The position numbers were made by a program, and so were the translations under genes. The notes beneath the pieces are model-generated. The model was given only the letters and a program-made list of their open reading frames with translations, was not told where the DNA came from and made no database searches. Of a DNA stretch of 64,000 nucleotides, positions 44,415 to 52,395 are shown piece by piece. Within the stretch, counting starts at the first letter, position 1. Each line of letters starts with the position of its first letter. The DNA is from an uncultured Prevotellaceae bacterium (lineage in GTDB: Bacteria; Bacteroidota; Bacteroidia; Bacteroidales; Bacteroidaceae), in the NCBI GenBank assembly GCA_937898415.1, contig CALDLA010000009.1, forward strand, positions 4,272-68,271. The letters are read 5' to 3'.

Positions 44415-46076
44415 ATGGAAGACTATAAAGCCATATTTCAACAGCTCATTACCCATGTAGAGCAGGAGGTGATAGAATACAAGACTGCCGAGAATCAGTA
44501 TGATATGAATAAACTCGGCAAGTATTTCTCTGCATTGAGCAATGAGGCAAATCTGCGTGATGTGGAGTTCGCATGGATTGTGCTGGGCGTGAATAACGAC
44601 CGTAAGGCCGTAGGCACACAATTCCTGATGGACGAGACCAAACGGCAACTTATGAAACATGATATTGCTGTCAACACCACAGGAGGTCTGACCTTCCGAG
44701 AGATAGTTCCCATCGATGTAGAAGGGAAACGGGTGCTGATGTTCAAGATACCAGCTGCGCCAAGGAATATTGTCACCAAGTGGAAGGGCATAGCATACGG
44801 GCGAAGCGGAGAAAGCTTAGAGCCATTGTCGCAAGACAAATATGACGCCATTCGCAACCAGCGTCCTGTGGATGACTGGTCTGCACACGTGGTTGAAGGA
44901 GCAACCATCAAGGATGATCTTGACGAACTGGCGCTGGCCAAAGCTCGCATCATGTTCAAGAAAGTGTATGATGACAAGCCGGCCGAAATGGTGGACGGAT
45001 GGTCTCAGGAAGAGTTTTTAAGGCATAGCGGGATGCTGAATGACGGAAAACTGACACGTGGCGCACTCCTTCTATTAGGAAAGCCAGAGGTGGCCTATAA
45101 GCTTTCGCCCGCTGTTCCTCAGATTACGTGGACACTGGTAAACGAGGAAGGCCGTAAGATAAACTATCAGCACTTCTCTATACCCTATATACTGACCGTT
45201 GATGAGGTGTTGGGCAAAATTCGCAACCTTACCATGCGGGAGATGCCTGGAGGCACACTGTTCCCTGACAAACTTATGCAGTATGATGACTTCATTATAC
45301 GCGAGGTGCTACATAACGCCATAGCACATCAGGACTATACGCTCTGTCAGAGAATAAACTTCATCGAGGGGTCGGACTATCTGTACTATTCAAATGCAGG
45401 CACCTTCTTCCCAGGCACGTTGGAGAATGCTCTTGACTCGCTAAAACAACAGAAGTTCTACAGGAATGACTGTCTTTGCAAAGGTATGGTGAGTTTCAAT
45501 ATGATTGACACAATAAGCAGTGGTATTCAGACGATGTTCTTCAAGCAGAAAGAGCGTCATTTCCCAATGCCTGACTATGAAATCAATGAGAACGTCCCAG
45601 AGGTAAACGTGAAGATATATGGTCGCGTCATCGATGAAAACTATGTTGAATTATTGAAGAGAGACAACTCGCTGTCGCTTAAAGAATGTATTTGGCTCGA
45701 TGCAATTCAGAAAAAGCGTCCAATAACTGATGATGCGCTGAGGATACTGAAAAGCAAAAAACTCATAGAATGGCACAAGCCTCATTATATCATATCGCGG
45801 GCTGTTGCCCAAAAGACTCACCAAGTTCCTGAATATACCAAGCAGAAGGGGCTGGATAAGAACAAACTGCTAAACATGTTGCAGCAATGCGTGGAAAATG
45901 CTGGTGATACAGGGATTATGCTTAAAGATATATATGAGTATATGCAAGTGACACTGCCATCAGGCAAATCGATTGATGCCAAAAAGAAAACGCTCAGTTA
46001 TTTGCTTCAGTGTCTTAAAGAATCGGGGCATATTTATTCCGAAAGACTAAAATGGAAAGCTTTAAAAAATAATTAG
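44415..46076 (+). CDS. AlbA_2/Schlafen-like DNA-binding domain protein with C-terminal ATPase-like and wHTH-like regions
   Basis: N-terminal ...EYKTAENQYDMNKLGKYFSALSNEANL...AWIVLGV... resembles AlbA_2 ('divergent AAA') domains, and the middle has ...REVLHNAIAHQDY.... It is embedded between hsdS and hsdR. Confidence 0.7.
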   Translation: MEDYKAIFQQLITHVEQEVIEYKTAENQYDMNKLGKYFSALSNEANLRDVEFAWIVLGVNNDRKAVGTQFLMDETKRQLMKHDIAVNTTGGLTFREIVPIDVEGKRVLMFKIPAAPRNIVTKWKGIAYGRSGESLEPLSQDKYDAIRNQRPVDDWSAHVVEGATIKDDLDELALAKARIMFKKVYDDKPAEMVDGWSQEEFLRHSGMLNDGKLTRGALLLLGKPEVAYKLSPAVPQITWTLVNEEGRKINYQHFSIPYILTVDEVLGKIRNLTMREMPGGTLFPDKLMQYDDFIIREVLHNAIAHQDYTLCQRINFIEGSDYLYYSNAGTFFPGTLENALDSLKQQKFYRNDCLCKGMVSFNMIDTISSGIQTMFFKQKERHFPMPDYEINENVPEVNVKIYGRVIDENYVELLKRDNSLSLKECIWLDAIQKKRPITDDALRILKSKKLIEWHKPHYIISRAVAQKTHQVPEYTKQKGLDKNKLLNMLQQCVENAGDTGIMLKDIYEYMQVTLPSGKSIDAKKKTLSYLLQCLKESGHIYSERLKWKALKNN

Positions 46077-46186
46077 TCAGTTTTTAGTTAGTTTTTAGTT
46101 AGTTTTTAGTTAGTTTTTAGTTGGTTTTTAGTTGGTTTTTAGGTCGATTTGGCTCGATTTAGTTAATTTTTAGTTAGATTTTAGAT
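46075..46186. repeat. about 10 tandem copies of an 11-bp unit (AGTTAGTTTTT and variants) ending 3 nt before the hsdR ATG
   Basis: agtcagttttt, agttagttttt x3, agttggttttt x2, aggtcgattt, ggctcgattt, agttaattttt, agttagatttt. Confidence 0.9.
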
Positions 46187-46188
46187 AT

Positions 46189-49100
46189 ATGGCGAGAAAC
46201 CTAAACAACATCAATGGCCGCTTCGTGGAGAGTGACTACGAGAATGCGCTCATCTCTTTCTTGGAGAAAGAAGAATGGGAGTATCTCTTTGGTGATAATA
46301 TTTCAAGAGCCGACAAGAAGGAAGTCCTGAATATGGATGACCTCGTTAATTTCTTGAAGGACAACAATAAAGAGAAAGGCTTGGATGATGAAGAAATCCG
46401 TCAGATTGCCGATAAAGTCAGACTTGTAGGAGCCGACACCGACTTTGCCACATTGCATGAGGTCTATAAATGGATGGTGGATGGCATATCATTTACCTCG
46501 AAGAAAGGCATAACTTATACCATCAGTTTAATTGACTTTGGTAAATGGGACAATAACATCTTCAGGGTAGTCAATCAGTTCAGCGTTGAGTACATTAACA
46601 ATGGAGAGAAGAAAACACGTCGCCCCGATGTGTTACTCTATGTGAATGGCTTGCCTGTTTGTGTCATAGAACTGAAGAATCCAGCTGATGCCAATGCCAC
46701 GATAGAGGACGCTTGGGAGCAAATCAACATACGTTATTGGCGCGACATTCCCCACCTGCTGCATTATTGTCCGCTGGCCTGCATCAGCGATGGGGTGAAG
46801 ACACGCTTAGGCACGGTGCGTACACCCTATGAGCATTTCTATGCCTGGCGAAGAGTAGAGAATGAGGATAAAGTCTCTACTATGCCTTTCGAGGAACTGG
46901 AAACGATGGTAAGAGGCGTTTATCGTCCGGAGCGTTTCTTGGAGATATTCAGGGACTATGTCTATTTCCAAGACGAGAAATATGATAGTGACGAGAAGGA
47001 AATAGTGTGTCGCTATCCGCAATTCTTCGCCACACGATTACTGCGCGAGAGCATCATCGGCTCAGTAAAGACCAAGAGCGGGAAGGGTGGAACCTATTTC
47101 GGCGCTACGGGCTGCGGCAAGACATATACTATGGCTTTTCTGGCCCGTCAGCTATCCATGCGGTGTGCGGCAGAGATAGGTTCGCCAACCATCCTGATGA
47201 TAGTTGACCGCGAGGATCTGCAGAAGCAGGGGGCAAAGCTATTCACCAAGAGCGAAGAGTATCTTGGTCTTGGTGTTGTAGAAACGGTGCCTACCAGAAA
47301 GAAATTGCGCGAAGAACTTGGTGCCCGAGAGAGTGGCGGTTTCTTCATCTGCACGATACAGAAGTTCTGCGACAGGAAGAATGACCCAATAGGTCTTATC
47401 AATGAGCGTTCCAATATCATTTGTTTCAGCGATGAAGCTCACCGCACACAGATAGAAGGCTCGAAGCGTATCAAGTTCAGCGACGATGCCGACGAGAACA
47501 TGAAGGCCATGATTTCCAAGCCATACGCCAAAGTGTTGCGCGAGGCCCTCCCTAATGCTACGTTTGTTGGTTTCACGGGTACGCCCATTGCCGAGACCTA
47601 TCAGACCTTTGGCGATGAGATAGACCGCTACACGATGGACCAGGCTGTGGCCGACGAGATTACCGTCCCCATCAAATATCATCCTCGCATAGCCAAGGTG
47701 CTGCTCAATCAAGAGAAGGTGAAGGAGATAGAGGCTTACTATGCACAATGCGCTGAGGAGGGCTCGACCAAAGAGGATATAGAAAAGAGCAAGAAGGCCA
47801 TGAGTTCGTTAGAGGAAATTTTAGGTCAGTCCGACCGTCTTGAAAAGTTGGCCGTTGATATTCACGACCACTATGTGGCTGCTGTTGCCAAAGATCCAGA
47901 CAGGGTGCAAAAAGCCATGATTGTCTGTTCCAAGAGAGAAATAGCATATAATCTGCTGATGAAGTTCAAGGAACACTATTCAGAATGGTTCGTTGAGCGT
48001 AAAACACCAGAAGGTGTGGAAGTTTCTGAGGAAGAGCTGAAGAAACTGAAGCTGATGCCAACGATTGCTATGGTGGCCAGTGTTGCCAGCAACGATGCCC
48101 CGGATATGTATAACTATCTAGGCGGTGTGAAGAATGACAAGCGGACAGAAGATTTGGATGCAGCTTACAAGCAGGAACATTCAAACTTCCGTATTGTCAT
48201 TGTTGTGGATATGTGGATTACCGGCTTTGATGTGGACTGTCTCACCTATATCTATAATGACAAACCGCTGCAAAAGCATACTCTTATCCAAACCATCAGT
48301 CGCGCCAACCGGAAATATCCAGGGAAGAAATACGGTCTGATTGTCGACTACATTGGTATTCGTGACCAGCTGTTGGAAGCAAGGAAAATATACGGAGGAG
48401 ACAATTCTGTAGCACTTACGGCAGATGATGTGGCGCAAGCTACAGGCATCTTCCGTGAACACCTGCAGATACTCATGATGCTGTTTAAGGATTATGACCT
48501 CACTCCTTTCCTGGATGTTGAAACTGATCCCGGACAGAGATACATCCTTTTAGCAAAGGCAGCAGAGTATGTGTTTGCATCAACAAAGGTGTTGAATTCT
48601 GAAAGCAAGGATGGCAAGAAGGCCAAGAAAGTCTCGTTCAAGACCTACTTCCTGAAAGAGGTGAAGAGAATGAGGAAAGCATATGACCTGTGTCAGCCAT
48701 CGGGTGAGTTGGAGGAAGAAGAAGAGGCATTGGCTCAGTGCTTCATGGCCATAGCCGGAATGGTTTATAAGATGAACGGAACGGATGCCCCAGACACTGA
48801 GACCATGAACCGCCGTGTGGCAAAAATGGTGGAGGAAGCGCTGAAATATAATAACGTTGAGAGTATTCTCGAAGACGGCGAAGAGATGGATATCTTTGGG
48901 CCAGAGTTCGTAGAGAGACTACATGATATTAAGATGCCCGCTTCAGGGCTGGAAATGCTCGTCAAGATGCTCCGTCAAAAGATTACGGAATACGGCAGAA
49001 CCAATCAAGTGGCATCAAAGAAATTTCAGGAAATGCTTGAGGCCACCATTAAACAGTATCATGACAGGCGCAAGTTCCTGTCTGAGCAGGAAGCTGGTGC

Positions 49101-49800
49101 TGCACAAGAGGCAACGGCAGAAAGCATCATCAAGGAGGCAACAGAGCAGGCTCTGGAAATACTGAAGAGGATGCAGGCCGACAAAGAAAGTTTCCGCAAG
49201 TTGGGCCTGACTTTTGAAGAGAAAGCCTTCTATGACATTCTGATTCACCTGAGAGACCAATACAACTTCGAGTATGGTGAGGACAAGGAGGTAGATGGGG
49301 TTGTCGTGAATGAGAAATGTAAGAGTCTGGCCAAGAAGATCCGTGTCATCATTGATGCCAAGTCATCCTTTGCCGACTGGCTTAACAACAAGAACATTCG
49401 CAACCAGCTCAAACAAGACATCAAGATATGTCTTGTGAAAAACAAGTATCCACCACAGTATACTCCAGAAGTTTTCCGTGAAGTAATGGTTCAAGTGGAG
49501 AACTTCAAGGAGAATGAGGATGTGATAGTTCGCAGGTTGGAGAATGTTGAAGATGACCGCGAAGTTCGCAATCTTATCTATCAGCGTCTACAGATGGATG
49601 TTGCCACAACTGATGCTGTTTTACAGCGTGAAGTGATGGAGACATATGGCGAACGCTATCCTAATATGGAGCCTAATGATTGGAGGCACGTCATTGAAGC
49701 ATACACTCCGATGGTAAGAGAAGCGGCTAAGCCAAAAGCGAAGAAAATATCTATGCCGCAGTATGAAAAGGCTGCGGGAGGTGACGACTATGACAATTAA
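46189..49800 (+). CDS. hsdR: type I restriction enzyme endonuclease/translocase subunit
   Basis: 1203 aa with a nuclease N-domain (RPDVLLYVNGLPVCVIELK), SF2 motifs (GATGCGKT, DEAHR, TGTP) and a long C-terminal extension. Confidence 0.93.
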   Translation: MARNLNNINGRFVESDYENALISFLEKEEWEYLFGDNISRADKKEVLNMDDLVNFLKDNNKEKGLDDEEIRQIADKVRLVGADTDFATLHEVYKWMVDGISFTSKKGITYTISLIDFGKWDNNIFRVVNQFSVEYINNGEKKTRRPDVLLYVNGLPVCVIELKNPADANATIEDAWEQINIRYWRDIPHLLHYCPLACISDGVKTRLGTVRTPYEHFYAWRRVENEDKVSTMPFEELETMVRGVYRPERFLEIFRDYVYFQDEKYDSDEKEIVCRYPQFFATRLLRESIIGSVKTKSGKGGTYFGATGCGKTYTMAFLARQLSMRCAAEIGSPTILMIVDREDLQKQGAKLFTKSEEYLGLGVVETVPTRKKLREELGARESGGFFICTIQKFCDRKNDPIGLINERSNIICFSDEAHRTQIEGSKRIKFSDDADENMKAMISKPYAKVLREALPNATFVGFTGTPIAETYQTFGDEIDRYTMDQAVADEITVPIKYHPRIAKVLLNQEKVKEIEAYYAQCAEEGSTKEDIEKSKKAMSSLEEILGQSDRLEKLAVDIHDHYVAAVAKDPDRVQKAMIVCSKREIAYNLLMKFKEHYSEWFVERKTPEGVEVSEEELKKLKLMPTIAMVASVASNDAPDMYNYLGGVKNDKRTEDLDAAYKQEHSNFRIVIVVDMWITGFDVDCLTYIYNDKPLQKHTLIQTISRANRKYPGKKYGLIVDYIGIRDQLLEARKIYGGDNSVALTADDVAQATGIFREHLQILMMLFKDYDLTPFLDVETDPGQRYILLAKAAEYVFASTKVLNSESKDGKKAKKVSFKTYFLKEVKRMRKAYDLCQPSGELEEEEEALAQCFMAIAGMVYKMNGTDAPDTETMNRRVAKMVEEALKYNNVESILEDGEEMDIFGPEFVERLHDIKMPASGLEMLVKMLRQKITEYGRTNQVASKKFQEMLEATIKQYHDRRKFLSEQEAGAAQEATAESIIKEATEQALEILKRMQADKESFRKLGLTFEEKAFYDILIHLRDQYNFEYGEDKEVDGVVVNEKCKSLAKKIRVIIDAKSSFADWLNNKNIRNQLKQDIKICLVKNKYPPQYTPEVFREVMVQVENFKENEDVIVRRLENVEDDREVRNLIYQRLQMDVATTDAVLQREVMETYGERYPNMEPNDWRHVIEAYTPMVREAAKPKAKKISMPQYEKAAGGDDYDN

Positions 49801-49854
49801 CACAAAATAATGAAAGCTATTTTGTCACTCCTTTTAGTAGGCTCCAAAAAACGG

Positions 49855-49919
49855 CACTCGAGTCAAATCATCGCTTGAGTCGAGTCAGATGATGAATTGA
49901 CTCGAGTGAATGTTTTTTT
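49855..49919 (+). terminator. long compound hairpin + T7 run after hsdR
   Basis: CACTCGAGTCAA-ATCATC-loop(GCTTGAGTCGAGTCA)-GATGAT-gaa-TTGACTCGAGTG followed by aatgTTTTTTT. Confidence 0.65.
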
Positions 49920-49989
49920 AAGCCATGTTTTAAGTCATTAATCATCAAGGCTAATTTCATATCGGCCGTCGTCTCTGCATCCACAACTT

Positions 49990-50115
49990 AAATATAGAGT
50001 CATCAAATGTTACAGAATGTTATGGAGTCGGAAAAATCTGCTATCTGCTGGAACTCATCAAGGCACACTATGAGACGTATGTTCTTCTTTTGAGCAATCT
50101 TCTGTGGCAGTTGAA
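49990..50115 (-). pseudogene. remnant of an ATPase Walker-B region
   Basis: The minus-strand frame reads ...VDYDNLQLPQKIAQKKNIRLIVCLDEFQQIADFSDSITFCNI*. This is an isolated fragment with no start codon. Confidence 0.4.
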
Positions 50116-50351
50116 GATTATCATAATCTACAGCATTTGTATGCTGCAAAGTTATGTATTTTTTTTATTAGTAACAAACTTCTTACTAATTTTTTAATGA
50201 CTTTTATAGAATCAATACCCGCCGAGACCTTGTTGAGATTGGTCGTACCATCGTTATTGACAATTCATAAGGTTCTTCTGCCATTTTGTTGAACACTTGT
50301 AAACAATTCGGATAAAGTTCTTATTTTCATCTGAAGATACCCTCAAACTGT

Positions 50352-50407
50352 TGAGTCGACTCATTCGATCAAATGAGTCGACTCGTTCGATCGAATGAGT
50401 CGACTCA
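50352..50407. repeat. three TGAGTCGACTC(A) palindromes phased at exactly 22 bp
   Basis: Copies start at 50352, 50374 and 50396. The spacers are TTCGATCAAA, TTCGATCGAA, then ACGCTTCGAACGAG. Confidence 0.88.
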
Positions 50408-50539
50408 ACGCTTCGAACGAGTTAATTAATGGAAAACTTGCCTTTTGTGTTAAAAAGACATAGGAAACGGCAGAATATAATATATTTTATTTTGCCGATT
50501 GCTATACTTTTACTATCTTTGCGGCAAAATTAGACAATT

Positions 50540-50878
50540 ATGAGTACTGTCATTGGAAGAAAAAAGAAATAGAAGTCTTCCATTTCCGCATGGAATATAA
50601 AGGGTGATGAAACGAGGGCTGGTGCGCAAGTGGATCTGCTTATTATCAGGGCTGACAACATCGTCAACCTCTGCGAGATGAAATTCTGCGACTCACCTTA
50701 TTCTATTGATAAGGAAGAAGAGACAAAGATGCTTCATCGGGAAAATTTGCTAAAGGAGACGCTTTCTTCTAAACAAAAAGTGCATCTGACATTGATAACT
50801 ACTTATGGACTTGTGCAAGGTAAGCATAGCGGAAAAGTTCAGAGGGTTGTTACGTGCGATGACTTATTCAAGAAATGA
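50540..50878 (+). pseudogene. second decayed paralog of the 39962..41054 ATPase (N-terminal stub + C-terminal 82 aa)
   Basis: TATCTTTG box, then ATG..MSTVIGRKKK*. The C-terminal ORF DLLIIRADNIVNLCEMKF...VVTCDDLFKK parallels QIDLLIDRADRIINLCEMKF...EVTMDDLFGK of the first copy. Confidence 0.6.
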
Positions 50879-50998
50879 AATCACCTCTATCAGTATAAGT
50901 CACGTTGAGGGGGAATCGTAAGAAAGTTTCCGTAAAATTTGGAGGTATCAAAAATAATTCCTATTTTTGCACCAAAAAGAGCAAAACATTATAGGATT

Positions 50999-51268
50999 AT
51001 GCCAGAAGTATTCAGATTTTTTGGTTTTTCTTTCTTCTTTTACAGCAGGGAGCATGAACCACCACACATTCATGTGGAAGGCAATGGTGGTATGGCAAAA
51101 TTCGACTGGGACGGAGAGGAATTCGTGCAAGTTGAAAAAACTGGGATAAAAGCCAACGACTTTAAGAAGATCAAGAAGATGGTTGATGACAACTTAAGCG
51201 TTGGAAAGAGTATTTTGACAAAGACAAAAGGGAGGACTGAACATGAAGATCACGAAGATTTGGTTTGA
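50999..51268 (+). CDS. DUF4160-family protein
   Basis: MPEVFRFFGFSFFFYSREHEPPHIHVEG is the family hallmark. A TATTTTTG box lies about 30 nt upstream. It overlaps the next gene by 26 nt. Confidence 0.72.
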   Translation: MPEVFRFFGFSFFFYSREHEPPHIHVEGNGGMAKFDWDGEEFVQVEKTGIKANDFKKIKKMVDDNLSVGKSILTKTKGRTEHEDHEDLV

Positions 51269-51644
51269 TGCCGACTATATTTATGGCAAGGACGAAAAAG
51301 AAAAGGAGTACAAGCAATCATTGCTATGGTATCCAAAGTTGCGTGATGCCTCTGACGATGTACGCAGTAAATACACCTTCGGAATGGGCGGTATCCATTG
51401 GCGCGACCTTGATGAGGACATAAGTTTTGAGAGCTTCGAGTACGAGGATGCCGAACCGAGCGCTTTGCAGCGTTTCTTCTTGACACACAAAGAAATCAAC
51501 ATAGCAGAGTTTGCCCGTTCAATGGGCTTAAACCCTACGTTGCTCCGAAATTACATAAATGGCTTCAAAAAGCCTTCGAAAGAACGTGAAGAGGAAATCA
51601 TTTCCCGTATTCACAAATTGGGTGAAGAGATGTTGGCTGCTTAA
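51243..51644 (+). CDS. DUF2442-like domain fused to a C-terminal HTH (XRE-like) segment
   Basis: N-terminal KITKIWFDADYIYG...GIHWRDLDEDISFESF and C-terminal INIAEFARSMGLNPTLLRNYINGFKKPS. Confidence 0.65.
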   Translation: MKITKIWFDADYIYGKDEKEKEYKQSLLWYPKLRDASDDVRSKYTFGMGGIHWRDLDEDISFESFEYEDAEPSALQRFFLTHKEINIAEFARSMGLNPTLLRNYINGFKKPSKEREEEIISRIHKLGEEMLAA

Positions 51645-51659
51645 ATACCAGATTAGTAT

Positions 51660-52358
51660 ATGGATGCAAAAAGAATACTGGGCTATCTGCGCCAGATTAT
51701 GGCGAACAACAACCGCGAATGGTTCCATGCCAACCATCAGGAGTATGAGGCAGTGCGGGCTGAGTGGGAGCGGGGTGTGCAGCAGGCCATCGGACGTATC
51801 ATCACCTTCGATCCCACGGTGGCTACACAGACAGTGAAGGACTGTACTTATCGCTTCAATCGCGATACACGTTTCTCGACAGACAAGTCTCCCTACAAGA
51901 ATCACTTCGGAGCCTACATCAATGCACACGGCAAGAAGGCGCTGCGCGGCGGCTATTACCTGCACATGGAGCCCGACAGCTGTCTGCTGGCCGTCGGCAA
52001 CTACTGGCTGCCAACGAATATCCTCACGGCTTGTCGTAATGAGCTGATGGCTAACGAGGAGCAGTGGCTGCGCTGCGTCGATACGCCAGCGTTCAAGAAG
52101 CTTTTCGCTGACGACGGCAACGCTACGTGGGAAAGTGCGCAGGGCTTCGGCATGTCGAAACTGAAGACCAGCCCGTCAGGCTTCCCACGTGACTATGCCT
52201 ACGTGAACTTCCTCCGGCTGAAGGACTACTGCGCCTGGCATCGCTTCGATAATGATTTCTTCGAGGGCGATGCCTGGCTCGATGAGATGGAACACGTCTT
52301 CCGAACAGCCAAGCCCATGATGGACTTTATGAACGCCGTTATCGATGACTACGAATAG
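51660..52358 (+). CDS. DUF2461 (TIGR02453)-family protein
   Basis: NNREWFHANHQEYE...YRFNRDTRFSTDKSPYKNHFGAYI...GGYYLHMEP. Confidence 0.78.
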   Translation: MDAKRILGYLRQIMANNNREWFHANHQEYEAVRAEWERGVQQAIGRIITFDPTVATQTVKDCTYRFNRDTRFSTDKSPYKNHFGAYINAHGKKALRGGYYLHMEPDSCLLAVGNYWLPTNILTACRNELMANEEQWLRCVDTPAFKKLFADDGNATWESAQGFGMSKLKTSPSGFPRDYAYVNFLRLKDYCAWHRFDNDFFEGDAWLDEMEHVFRTAKPMMDFMNAVIDDYE

Positions 52359-52395
52359 CTGATTTCCACAACTTTGCCATTTAAAAATCTGACAT

